From the NCBI GenBank assembly GCA_035507575.1, contig DATJNY010000063.1, positions 55 through 64,054 on the forward strand: 64,000 nucleotides of DNA, in the 5' to 3' direction. The position numbers and the translations under genes are program-made. Source of the stretch: Thermoplasmata archaeon (lineage in GTDB: Archaea; Thermoplasmatota; Thermoplasmata; Lutacidiplasmatales; UBA184). The notes below the pieces were generated by a model. The model worked only from the letters and a program-made list of their open reading frames with translations, made no database searches and was not told the origin of the DNA. Positions 26,896-36,117 of the stretch are shown piece after piece (positions within the stretch are counted from its first letter, which is position 1; each line of letters starts with the position of its first letter).

Positions 26896-27918
26896 CTACG
26901 CGTCGAACGTGTGGAGGAGGTCGAGCCAGTCGCCGGTGACGACCTTCGGTCGGGCGAGGGCCTCATCGAACGGGACCCCGACCACGGCGGGCCCTCGGAG
27001 AACCGCGACGTGACCGAACTTCCCGGCGAGGGCGAGATCCACCGCGGCCGCGCCGAGACGGGTCGCGAGGATCCGATCGAAGAGCTCGGGGGCGCCTCCC
27101 CGTTGGATGTGGCCGATCTGAGCGGCGCGGGACTCCACGCCGGTGCGCTCCTGGATGCGCCGGGCGAGCTCGGCGCCGACCTCGCGCTCGCGGAGCAGCT
27201 CGTGGCCGAACTCGTCCTGGGCGCCCGCGGAACCCCGACGGGCCCCGAGATCGACCCCCTCGCTGGCCACGACGAGCGCGTACCCCCGCGCGGCCACCGC
27301 CCGTCGGACCTGATCGAGAAGTCGGGCCTCGTCGTACGCTTCCTCGGGAAGCAACGTCGCGTCGGCCCCGCCGGCGAGGCCGGTGGCCAGCGCGACCCAG
27401 CCGGCGTTCCGCCCCATGACCTCGAGGACGATCGCGCGGTGGTGGCTGTCGGCCGTGTCCCGGAGTCGTTCGAGCGCGTCGACGGCGACCGCGACCGCGG
27501 AATGGAAACCGAACGTCCAGTCGGTGCCGGCGACGTCGTTGTCCATCGTCTTGGGGACGCCGACGACCCGACCGCCGCGTCGGGTCAGCTCGCGCGCCGC
27601 ACTCAGCGTGTCGTCGCCCCCGATCGCGACCAGCGCGTCGATCCGATGCCGCTCGAGCGTCGCGCGGACTTTGGCGGCGTCCGCCTCGTTCGCGAACGGA
27701 TTGGTCCGGGAGGTCCCCAGGATCGTGCCCCCCCGGGACAGGATCCCCTGCACCGCGGCCGCATCGAGCGGCCGGCTCCGGTCGTCCCGCAGCCCCTTCC
27801 AGCCGTCGAGGAACCCGATCGTCTCGTGACCCGCCCGGGCGGCGCGACGCACGACCGCCCGGATCGCCGGATTGAGTCCCGGACAGTCCCCGCCGCCGGT
27901 GAGGACGCCGAACTTCAC
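26896..27918 (-). CDS. pfk: 6-Phosphofructokinase, PfkA family (PPi-type residue signature)
   Basis: 'FGVLTGGGDCPGLNPAIR', 'LVAIGGDDTL', 'GVPKTMDNDV', 'LEVMGRNAGW', 'GHIQRGG'. GTG start overlaps the upstream stop (GTGA). Confidence 0.85.
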   Translation of the reverse strand: MKFGVLTGGGDCPGLNPAIRAVVRRAARAGHETIGFLDGWKGLRDDRSRPLDAAAVQGILSRGGTILGTSRTNPFANEADAAKVRATLERHRIDALVAIGGDDTLSAARELTRRGGRVVGVPKTMDNDVAGTDWTFGFHSAVAVAVDALERLRDTADSHHRAIVLEVMGRNAGWVALATGLAGGADATLLPEEAYDEARLLDQVRRAVAARGYALVVASEGVDLGARRGSAGAQDEFGHELLREREVGAELARRIQERTGVESRAAQIGHIQRGGAPELFDRILATRLGAAAVDLALAGKFGHVAVLRGPAVVGVPFDEALARPKVVTGDWLDLLHTFDA

Positions 27919-29021
27919 GCGGGGACCTCGACGTACTCCCGGGGAGCCGTCGTAAGGAACTCGTAGCCGTTCTTGGTGACGACGATGTCGTCCTCGATCC
28001 GGACGCCGCCGTGGCCGGGGAGGTAGATGCCGGGCTCCACGGTGATCGCCATCCCGACCTCGAGAGGGTCCTCCGCGGTCGGGCCATACGCCCACCCGTC
28101 GTGCACGACGAGTCCGATCGAGTGTCCGACGCCGTGCGTGAGCCGTCCCTTCCAGGGGGAGGCATCGATCACCCGGAGCGCGGCGAGATGGACCTCCTTC
28201 GACGGAACGCCGGGCTTGACGGCCGCCAGCGCGGCCTCCTGGGCCTTCAGGACCGTCTCGTGGACCTTCTTCATCTCGTCGTCGCGGCGGCCGAAGTGGA
28301 AGGATCGCGTGATGTCGCTCGCGTACCGGTGATAGTACGCCCCGAAGTCGCACACGATCGAGTCGCCGGCCTTGAGCTTCGTCTCCGCCGGCGCGTAATG
28401 CGGTTCCGCGCTGTGCGGGCCGAACGCGACGATCGTCGCGAACGATCGCCCGCTCGCCCCGTGGAGCCCCATGCGGTGCTCCATCTCCGCGGCGAGCTCG
28501 AGCTCGGTCATCCCGGCCCGGAGCACCCCGGGGATCTCGCGGCCGACCTTCGACCCGATCTCCGCGGCGTGGCGGAGGAGGTCGATCTCGTTCGCGTCCT
28601 TCGTGACCCGCGCCTTGCGGATCCCGTTCGAGCAGTCCATCCACTTCGCGCCCGAGAACGACTGATCGAGTCGCAGGAACCACTCGTGCGTCAGCTCGCG
28701 ATAGTTGAGCCCGAGGTTCGTCCGCGGTCCCAGCAGCTTGCGGGCCGCCGGCCCGATCTCGTCCCGTCCCGCGACGTGTACTTTCACGTGCGGGTCGTGC
28801 TTCGCGGCCTCGAAGGCGGTCTCCGCCTCGAGCGGCGAGGAAAAGACGTCGAGCTCGCCGTCGGGGTGCGCGATGGCGATCGATCCCTCGAAAAGACCCG
28901 CGGGGACGTCGAACAGGTAGAAGAACGTCTGATCGAGATGCGGGTCGATGGAGTTCGCGACGAGGATCGCTTCGGGCTTCGGATCGAACTGGGCGAACAG
29001 CTTCTGCACGCGGGGCTTCAT
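27915..29021 (-). CDS. M24 family Xaa-Pro aminopeptidase/dipeptidase
   Basis: 'VCDFGAYYHRYASDITR', 'HGVGHSIGLVVHD', 'TVEPGIY' and 'GGVRIEDDIVVT' metal ligands. Confidence 0.85.
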   Translation of the reverse strand: MKPRVQKLFAQFDPKPEAILVANSIDPHLDQTFFYLFDVPAGLFEGSIAIAHPDGELDVFSSPLEAETAFEAAKHDPHVKVHVAGRDEIGPAARKLLGPRTNLGLNYRELTHEWFLRLDQSFSGAKWMDCSNGIRKARVTKDANEIDLLRHAAEIGSKVGREIPGVLRAGMTELELAAEMEHRMGLHGASGRSFATIVAFGPHSAEPHYAPAETKLKAGDSIVCDFGAYYHRYASDITRSFHFGRRDDEMKKVHETVLKAQEAALAAVKPGVPSKEVHLAALRVIDASPWKGRLTHGVGHSIGLVVHDGWAYGPTAEDPLEVGMAITVEPGIYLPGHGGVRIEDDIVVTKNGYEFLTTAPREYVEVPA

Positions 29022-30505
29022 GGCGTCGGGCGCACCGGCGGCGGGGTTTCAACCTTTGCGGCCGCGGCCCTCAGATCCTTCCAGGAGAGGCGGGGTTCGC
29101 GGGCCGCGCGCACCTCGTCGATCCGGCCCACCGACAGCGAGCGCGGCGCCGCGCGGAGATTCTCTGGGGAGTCCGTGACGGCCCGTTCGAACGCGGCGAT
29201 GTAGTGGTCGAGTTCCCGCTTCGACTCGGTCTCGGGCAGTTCGACCATCAGGGACTCTTCGACCAGCGACGGGAAGTAGACCGTGGGGGCGTGCACGCCC
29301 TCGTCGAGCAGCCGCTTCGCGAGATCCAGCGTCCGGACCCCTTTCGCCTTGAGCGGCGCGCCCGACAGGAGGAATTCGTGCTTCACGAGCGCCCGGAACG
29401 GTCGGGGCAGGAACGCGCCCATCTTCGACGCCAGATAGTTCGAATTGAGCACCGCGCGCCGGGAGACGTGGTTGAGCCCCTCCTCTCCGTGCGTGAGGGC
29501 GAAGGCGTACGCCCTCAGGTCCAGTCCGAAATTGCCGTACGCGGTTTTGATCTTCCCGATCGACTTCGGCCGGTCGTAGTCGAGTCGGAATTTCCGCCCG
29601 ACCTTGACGACCCGCGGGACGGGCAGGTACGGGGCGAGGGTCTCGCCCGCCGCGAGGACGCCGGCACCGGGTCCACCTCCGCCGTGAGGGGTCGCGAACG
29701 TCTTGTGGAGGTTCAGATGGGCCACATCGAACCCCATGCGACCGGGGTGCGTGATCCCGAGGATCGCGTTCAGGTTGGCCCCGTCGTAGTAGAGCATCCC
29801 GCCGGCCTGGTGCACGACCTCGGCGATCTCGAGGATGTTGCTCTCGAAGAGCCCCGCCGTGTTCGGGTTGGTCAACATGAAGCAGGCCGTCCGTTCGCTC
29901 ACGGCGGCACGAAGCGCGGCGAGATCGACGCATCCGTCCTTCGAGCGGATCTCCCGGGTGGTGAATCCCGCCATCATCGCCGAGGCGGGGTTGGTGCCGT
30001 GTGCGGTGTCGGGAAGGAGGACCTCGGTGCGCCGCTCGAGCTCGTTCCGGTCCCGGAAGTACGCGCGGACCATCAGGAGCGCGGCCCACTCGCCGTGCGC
30101 GCCGGCGGCCGCCTGGAGCGACACCTCGGGCAATCCGGTGACCTTGGTCAGGATCCGTTCGAGGCGCCAGAGGATCTCGAGCGCGCCCTGGGCGGACTCC
30201 TCCGGCTGTTGGGGATGCAGGGACGCCGCGCCCGGCCGCCGGGCCAGCATCTCGGAGACCTTGGGGTTGTACTTCATCGTGCAGGAACCGAGCGCGTACG
30301 GCGCCGTGTCGATGCCGAAATTCATTTGCGAGAGCCGCGTGTAGTGGCGGACGACCTCGAGCTCGGCGAGCTCCGGCCACCGGACTCCCGCCTTGCGACG
30401 CAGTCGCTCGGGGATCCCCGGGACGGGGGGAGGGGCCACCGGCTCGGACACCGCGGCGAGGTCCCAGACATCCGGCTCGTCCCACCGGGCCTGACGGAAC
30501 GTCAT
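29018..30505 (-). CDS. gcvPB: Glycine dehydrogenase (decarboxylating) subunit 2
   Basis: 'LGSCTMKYNPKV' and the PLP site 'NLHKTFATPHGGGGPG'. ATGA overlap with gcvPA. Start trimmed to the ATG at 30505. Confidence 0.9.
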   Translation of the reverse strand: MTFRQARWDEPDVWDLAAVSEPVAPPPVPGIPERLRRKAGVRWPELAELEVVRHYTRLSQMNFGIDTAPYALGSCTMKYNPKVSEMLARRPGAASLHPQQPEESAQGALEILWRLERILTKVTGLPEVSLQAAAGAHGEWAALLMVRAYFRDRNELERRTEVLLPDTAHGTNPASAMMAGFTTREIRSKDGCVDLAALRAAVSERTACFMLTNPNTAGLFESNILEIAEVVHQAGGMLYYDGANLNAILGITHPGRMGFDVAHLNLHKTFATPHGGGGPGAGVLAAGETLAPYLPVPRVVKVGRKFRLDYDRPKSIGKIKTAYGNFGLDLRAYAFALTHGEEGLNHVSRRAVLNSNYLASKMGAFLPRPFRALVKHEFLLSGAPLKAKGVRTLDLAKRLLDEGVHAPTVYFPSLVEESLMVELPETESKRELDHYIAAFERAVTDSPENLRAAPRSLSVGRIDEVRAAREPRLSWKDLRAAAAKVETPPPVRPTP

Positions 30506-31905
30506 GCCGACCTCCCCACCGCCGCGAGCGCCGACGCAGCCGCCCGGGCGTACTTCTGGATCTCGCGATCCGTCGTCGCGTCCCCGGCCGAGACGAGCAC
30601 GCGTTCGGGGGTCGAGCCGGCGTTCGGCCGAGGGTCCGCGAGCGGCACCCCGCCCAAGATCTTCTTGCGACGCAGCCGGTCCAGGAACTCGGCGGCGGTT
30701 CCCCGCTTGAGCTCGACGGTGAACGATCCGAGGTACGGGGCATCGAAGCGGGGCGCCTGGAGCCCGTCCACCCCTCCGAGCGCGCTCGCGAGCGTTCGAG
30801 ACCTCTCGGCGATCGACGCCTGAAGTTCGGCGAGGCCCCGGGGGCCGACCAGCGTCGCGTAGACGACGAACGCGAGCGCCATCAGGGACTGGTTGGTGCA
30901 GATGTTGGATGTCGCCCGGGAGCGTCGGATGTGCTGCTCCCGGGTCTGCAAGGTCAGCGCGAACGCCGGAAGCCCGTTCACGTCGCGCGTCGCCCCGACG
31001 ATGCGGCCGGGGGCCGATCGCACGTCGGCGGCCCGACAGGCGAAGAGGCCCAGGAGAGGGCCCCCGAACGACGGGGAGATCCCGAAACCCTGACCTTCTC
31101 CCACGACGACGTCGGCCCCGTACGCTCCCGGTGCCTCGAGCACCGAGAGCGACAGAGGATCGGCCGAGACGACGAGCGGGATCGTTCCGAGGATCCCCTT
31201 GAGGTCGGCGACCCCTTCGTCCACGTGGCCGAAGCCATTCGGGACGTCCGCGAGCATGCCGAAGACGTCGCCGGCGGCCACCGACTTTCGAACGGCGTCG
31301 AGATCGAGGCGACCGGTGCGATCGTCGAACGGCACCTCCTCGAGCGTGAGTCCGGGCCCGCTCGCGTAGTTCGCGAGGACGCTCTTCTCCTCCCAGGCAA
31401 GGCTCGCGGGAACGAGGAAGCGGCGGCCTTCGTGGATCCGGCGGCAGAAGAGGAGCGCCTCCCCGGCGGCCGTAGCCCCGTCGTAGAGCGAGGCGTTCGC
31501 CACATCCATGCCGGTCAACTCGACCCAGAGGCTCTGGAACTCGAACAGCACCCGAAGCATCCCCTGGCTCGCCTCGGGTTGGTACGGCGTATACGACGTG
31601 TAGAACTCGCTCCGACCGACCATGGCGTCCACGGCCGCCGGCGAGTACCGGCTCGTCAACCGCCCGCCGAGGAAGTTCGCGAAGCTCCCGAGGGGCTTGT
31701 TGCGCGCGAGGATCTTGTCGATCTGGCGGACGACCTCGGCTTCGTCGTGACCCGCTCCGACCCCGAGCCGCCCGATTCGGGCTCGTTTCGGCACGTCGGT
31801 GAACAACTGTTCGACCGAACTGATCCCGAGCGCGTCGAGGAGGGCGGCCTCCTCTCCGGGTTCGTTGGGAATCCAGCGAGGCACGATCGTTCCCCGAGCG
31901 GCCAC
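30502..31905 (-). CDS. gcvPA: Glycine dehydrogenase (decarboxylating) subunit 1
   Basis: 'FYTSYTPYQPEASQGMLRVLFEFQ', 'GADVVVGEGQGFG' and 'SNICTNQSL'. Start is ambiguous: GTG at 31905 or GTG at 31884. The ATG at 32019 gives an implausible Pro/Ala-rich extension. Confidence 0.85.
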   Translation of the reverse strand: MAARGTIVPRWIPNEPGEEAALLDALGISSVEQLFTDVPKRARIGRLGVGAGHDEAEVVRQIDKILARNKPLGSFANFLGGRLTSRYSPAAVDAMVGRSEFYTSYTPYQPEASQGMLRVLFEFQSLWVELTGMDVANASLYDGATAAGEALLFCRRIHEGRRFLVPASLAWEEKSVLANYASGPGLTLEEVPFDDRTGRLDLDAVRKSVAAGDVFGMLADVPNGFGHVDEGVADLKGILGTIPLVVSADPLSLSVLEAPGAYGADVVVGEGQGFGISPSFGGPLLGLFACRAADVRSAPGRIVGATRDVNGLPAFALTLQTREQHIRRSRATSNICTNQSLMALAFVVYATLVGPRGLAELQASIAERSRTLASALGGVDGLQAPRFDAPYLGSFTVELKRGTAAEFLDRLRRKKILGGVPLADPRPNAGSTPERVLVSAGDATTDREIQKYARAAASALAAVGRSA

Positions 31906-31997
31906 CGAGTCGGGGCCGGGATTTAGCGATTCGGGAGCCGGAAGCGGCGCGGGGCAAACGTATTCGAGCGCCGGGGCTGCCCGGCCCGAGGTTGGCG

Positions 31998-33098
31998 ATG
32001 CCGCGAGCGGTTCCCCCACCCCGCCGCCGAGCCTCCACCCCTCGCCGCCCTCCCCCCTCGGTCGGGATCCTCGACACCGCGTTCCACCGCGCGTCTCTTG
32101 CGACGCCGCACGGCGACACGAAACCCGAGCGCGATCGCCTCCGAGCGAAGCTGAAGGTCGTCCGGAGTTGCGCCACCGTCGTCCGCCATCTGCGACTGGA
32201 GACGCGGCGGTTCCAGAAGCCCGGGCTCACGGAGTTCGAGCGGGCGCTCGTCGCCGGTCGTTTCGGCGACGGAACGTTGGACCGCTCGCTGCTGCGGTTG
32301 CGGCGCGCGGAGGAGCGCATCCGCGAGCTCTCGCGCGACGCCGAGGCGGAAGTCCGCCGTGGGTCGGGGGCCGAGGCGTTCGGCGACACGGTGCGGGCCT
32401 GTTACGGTCGCCTCTCGAGCTTCGTGCGGGAGGTGGACCGGGACATCGAGCACCTCCGGGAGATCACCGATTTCCTCCGCCGACGCCCGGCGCTCGACCC
32501 GGCCGCCCCGACGCTCGTCATCGCCGGATTCCCGAACGTAGGGAAGTCCTCGCTCGTCGGTCGCCTCTCGAGCGCGCGGCCGAAGATCGCCGATTACCCG
32601 TTCACCACCCTCTCGATCGCCGTCGGGCACGCCGATCTCGGATTCGATCGACTCCAGGTCGTCGACACACCCGGAGTGCTCGGACGCACCCACCGGGCCA
32701 ACCTCGCGGAGGAGGAAGCGACCACCGCCGTGGGTCGGGCCGCGACGGTGGTGCTGTTCGTGATCGATCCGACCGGGAGCTCCGGGTACACCCTCGAAGA
32801 GCAGGAGGCGCTGCTCGCGAGGTGGAGGGAGGAATTCCCCCAGCTGCCTATCGTGGACGTCGAGACGAAGTCGGATCTGGGGCGGCGCACGACCGAGCGA
32901 CTTCGGGTCTCCGCGCTCACCGGGGAGGGCCTCGACGAGCTGTGGGCGGCGCTCCGGAACCGGGTGACACCGCGCGGAGAACTGCCGGCGATGCAGGAGG
33001 CGACCGTCGAAGACGACCTCGCGCCGATCGCGGACGAAGCCGAAGAAGAACGGGTGGAGCCGGCGCCGCGCCGGCCGCGGCGCGCGCCCCGCTCCTGA
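31998..33098 (+). CDS. Nog1-type GTP-binding protein (archaeal)
   Basis: Helical N-domain, then G1 'GFPNVGKSS', 'YPFTT', G3 'DTPG' and G4 'TKSD'. Acidic/basic C-terminal tail. Confidence 0.8.
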   Translation: MPRAVPPPRRRASTPRRPPPSVGILDTAFHRASLATPHGDTKPERDRLRAKLKVVRSCATVVRHLRLETRRFQKPGLTEFERALVAGRFGDGTLDRSLLRLRRAEERIRELSRDAEAEVRRGSGAEAFGDTVRACYGRLSSFVREVDRDIEHLREITDFLRRRPALDPAAPTLVIAGFPNVGKSSLVGRLSSARPKIADYPFTTLSIAVGHADLGFDRLQVVDTPGVLGRTHRANLAEEEATTAVGRAATVVLFVIDPTGSSGYTLEEQEALLARWREEFPQLPIVDVETKSDLGRRTTERLRVSALTGEGLDELWAALRNRVTPRGELPAMQEATVEDDLAPIADEAEEERVEPAPRRPRRAPRS

Positions 33099-33101
33099 TC
33101 G

Positions 33102-34334
33102 TCAGATCGTGAACGGCTTCCCGTTCTCGGGGAGGCGGACATCGAGCGACGACGGCAACGCGTCGCGAAGGGCCTCGCGATGGTCGCCGTGCATGAGGAT
33201 CACGGTCTTGGCGCGGCTCTCCTCGATGAACCGGACGAGATCCGAGTGTCCGGCGTGGGCGGAGAAATCGAACTTCTCGATCTCGCAGACCGGGTGGATG
33301 GTGGTCTCGTCAATGGTGAGGGTGCCCTCGTCCATCAACTGCCGCCCGTTCGACCCCTCGACCTGGTAGCCCGTGAGGAAGATCGAGCTGTTCGCATCGC
33401 GGTACAGTTCCCCGATGTAGTACAGGACCGGTCCACCGTCCAGCATTCCGCCCGTGGTCACGATGACGTCCGCCTCCCGGAGCGCCCGCTTCCGGTCCCC
33501 CGGACTTTCGACGACGTTCACACCCTCGAGCGCGCGTCGGAAGCGTCGGGCGTCCGCGAGGTATTCCGGGGCGCTGAGGTAGATCGAGTTGACCTTCCGC
33601 GCCATGCCGTCCAGGTACGTTTCGAAGCCCGACGCGGCGAGCGACATCAGCACCTCCTGCGCGCGGCCCACGGCGAACGCGGGGACGATCACCTTCCCGC
33701 CGCGCTGGACCGTTTCCGCGACCTTGTCGCGGAACCGACGTTCCGTCTCCTTGCGGTCGGGGTGCTCCTTGCCGGCGTAGGTCGACTCGATGACCAGGAC
33801 GTCGCACTCGAGCGGTTCGGCGCCGCTGACCAGATGCGTCGGCAGGGTCTGAAGGTCGCCCGTGAACAGGACGTCCTGGGCGCCCTTGTACAGCATCATC
33901 GAAGCCCCCGGAATGTGGCCCGCGGAGGCGAACTGCACTTCGATCCCTTTGTGGCGGAAGGTGGCCCGCCGATCGACCGCGGTGAATCGCCCCGCGACGG
34001 AGTGGATGTCCTGCGGCGTGTACGGCGGCAGGTAGCCTTCGAGCCGGGCGATCTTGAGCGCGTCCCGCGTGAGGAGGTCGGCGACCGCGATGGTCACCGG
34101 CGTCGCGACGAGGCGGGCCTTCGGAAGCCGGCTCAGCACGGGCGTCATGCCCGAGTGATCGAGGTGCGCGTGGGAGAGGAAGGCGAGGTCGATGTTCGTC
34201 GGGGCCGGACGCGGGTAGGTGGGGGGGTCCGTGGGGGTCATCCCGTAGTCGAACAGGAGGGTGCGACCCTGATCCCGGACCACCAGGCCGAGCGACCCGA
34301 TCTCGGAGGCGCCGCCGAGGAACTGAAGCTCCAT
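33102..34334 (-). CDS. MBL-fold beta-CASP ribonuclease (aCPSF2-like, no KH domains)
   Basis: 'SHAHLDHSG' (HxHxDH), 'ESTYAG', 'FSAHAGHSDL' and 'LMHGD' beta-CASP motifs. 410 aa. Confidence 0.8.
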   Translation of the reverse strand: MELQFLGGASEIGSLGLVVRDQGRTLLFDYGMTPTDPPTYPRPAPTNIDLAFLSHAHLDHSGMTPVLSRLPKARLVATPVTIAVADLLTRDALKIARLEGYLPPYTPQDIHSVAGRFTAVDRRATFRHKGIEVQFASAGHIPGASMMLYKGAQDVLFTGDLQTLPTHLVSGAEPLECDVLVIESTYAGKEHPDRKETERRFRDKVAETVQRGGKVIVPAFAVGRAQEVLMSLAASGFETYLDGMARKVNSIYLSAPEYLADARRFRRALEGVNVVESPGDRKRALREADVIVTTGGMLDGGPVLYYIGELYRDANSSIFLTGYQVEGSNGRQLMDEGTLTIDETTIHPVCEIEKFDFSAHAGHSDLVRFIEESRAKTVILMHGDHREALRDALPSSLDVRLPENGKPFTI

Positions 34335-34366
34335 CGTCCGGCCGAGCGGCGACCCCAGATAACGTC

Positions 34367-35242
34367 ATGCCGACGAGCCGCCGCCGCCGCCGTGAAGAAG
34401 GCGTCTTTAGCGTGCCGTACGTCCGCCGCCCCGTGCCCCGCGCCTCGGCTGCCGACCTGGAAGTGCTGTACCGGATCAGCGTCGCGGTCCACCGCGTCGT
34501 CCGGGACGCGCGCAGCTCGCCGCATCGCGCCGACGTGGTCGCGATGGGGGCGGACGGCACCCCGACCGAGGAGCTCGATCGGCTCGCCGAGGGCGAGATC
34601 CTCCGGACCCTCGACGCCGAGGGGGTCGACTGGGACCTGCTCAGCGAGGAGATCGGCCACGTCGCGCGCGGAGGGGACCGCACGCTCGTCGTCGACCCGA
34701 TCGACGGCAGCCACAACGCCTTGCGCAACCTTCCGTACTTCACCGTCTCGCTGGCGCTTGGGAAGAAGGACCTCGGGGGAGTCGAGGCGGGGTTGATTCG
34801 CGATCTCCATCACGGCACGACCTGGTGGGCGACCCGCGGCGGGGGGGCGTTCTGCGACGGTCGACCGATCCGCACACGCCCATGGAACCTGCGCACCGAA
34901 ACCGTGTACGTCAACCTCGGCCGCAACGCGACGGAGCGCAGCATCCGCCTCGCGGGGCGAGCGCGTCGGGTCCGCTCGCTCGGCTGCGCCTCCCAGGAGC
35001 TCCTCATGGTCGCCCAGGGTAGCGCCGACGCCTTCCTCTTCGAGAACGACGCCGAGTCGCGGAACCTGCGAGCAACCGACGTGGCGGCCGCCTATCGGAT
35101 CCTCCGGGAGGCCGGTGGGGGCCTCTCCGACGCGAAAGGGGGGGCGCTCGAGTCGTTCCCGCTCCATCTCGAACGGCGGACGAGCATCTTCGCCTGGGGC
35201 GATCCCGAGTTCAAGAAGGCGGCGGAGGAATACCGCGCGTGA
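34367..35242 (+). CDS. Inositol monophosphatase family protein (candidate NADP phosphatase / FBPase-IMPase)
   Basis: 'LLSEEIG' and 'VVDPIDGSHNA' IMPase motifs. 4-nt overlap with the NAD kinase gene. The start may lie slightly downstream (GTG at 34412). Confidence 0.8.
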   Translation: MPTSRRRRREEGVFSVPYVRRPVPRASAADLEVLYRISVAVHRVVRDARSSPHRADVVAMGADGTPTEELDRLAEGEILRTLDAEGVDWDLLSEEIGHVARGGDRTLVVDPIDGSHNALRNLPYFTVSLALGKKDLGGVEAGLIRDLHHGTTWWATRGGGAFCDGRPIRTRPWNLRTETVYVNLGRNATERSIRLAGRARRVRSLGCASQELLMVAQGSADAFLFENDAESRNLRATDVAAAYRILREAGGGLSDAKGGALESFPLHLERRTSIFAWGDPEFKKAAEEYRA

Positions 35243-36117
35243 AGATCGGACTGACGGCGCACCCGGAGAAACCGAAGGCGCTGGATCTCGCCTCCGAACT
35301 GATCCGGCTCGTCGGCCACCGGGCCGAGGTCCTGCTGAGCGACGAGGCGGCCCGGGCCGATCCCGGGGCACCCCACACTCCGCTCGAGTCGATCGACTGC
35401 GACGTCCTCGTCGCGATCGGCGGCGATGGGACGTTCCTGCATGCCTTGCGCCGTTCCAACGCGCCGCTCCTTCCGATCAACGCGGGGACGGTCGGGGTGC
35501 TGGCCGAGATCGAAACGCGTCGGCCGAAGGAATTCGAGTGGGCCGTCGAGCGGCTGTTGAAGGGGTTCTACTTCCTCGAAGAGCGAATGAAGCTCGCGGC
35601 GCAGATCGGTTCCCGCTCCCTGCCCGACGCGACCAACGAGTTCGTCGTGCATTCGGCGGCGGTCGCGAAGATGGGCCTTTTCGAGCTCGCGTTCGACGGT
35701 CACGTCGCGGGGCGTCTACGCGCCGACGGCCTCATCGTGGCGAGCCCGACGGGTTCGACCGCGTACTCGCTGAGCTCCCGGGGCCCGATCGTCGACAGCT
35801 CCATCGACGCGATCGTGCTCGCCGCGATCGCGCCGTTCCGCACGGATCCCCGGGCCCTCGTGCTCGAACCGATGCGAACGGTGCGACTTCGCCCGGTGGA
35901 GCCGAAGCCGGGCGCCGTGGTCGTCGCGGACGGTGAAGAGGAGTATCCGCTCACCCCGTCGGAGCCGGTGACGATCTACCGCTCGCCGCGCCGCGCGGTC
36001 CTCGTGCGATTCGGATCCCGATTCTTCCAGCGGCTCCGCGGGAAGCGGATCCTCCCGTGGTCCGAGGAGTTCGCGGAGGAGGGACCGTCGCTTGCCGATC
36101 TTTCGCCCCCATCGTAG
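35239..36117 (+). CDS. nadK: NAD+ kinase
   Basis: 'VAIGGDGTFL' and 'ADGLIVASPTGSTAYSLS' motifs. GTG start in a GTGA overlap. Confidence 0.9.
   Translation: MKIGLTAHPEKPKALDLASELIRLVGHRAEVLLSDEAARADPGAPHTPLESIDCDVLVAIGGDGTFLHALRRSNAPLLPINAGTVGVLAEIETRRPKEFEWAVERLLKGFYFLEERMKLAAQIGSRSLPDATNEFVVHSAAVAKMGLFELAFDGHVAGRLRADGLIVASPTGSTAYSLSSRGPIVDSSIDAIVLAAIAPFRTDPRALVLEPMRTVRLRPVEPKPGAVVVADGEEEYPLTPSEPVTIYRSPRRAVLVRFGSRFFQRLRGKRILPWSEEFAEEGPSLADLSPPS

Noticed and set aside
26896-29052. 718-aa ORF suggesting a large fusion protein ending in the PFK domain
   Set aside because: Only the last 340 codons look like a real protein (PFK). The upstream part is Arg/Gly/Pro-rich and overlaps the M24 peptidase gene out of frame. 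The PFK start was set to the GTG at 27918, in a GTGA overlap.
29018-32389. 1123-aa ORF extending gcvPB far upstream
   Set aside because: The N-terminal roughly 630 codons overlap gcvPA out of frame and are low-complexity. The gcvPB homology begins at 'MTFRQARWDEP' (ATG at 30505).
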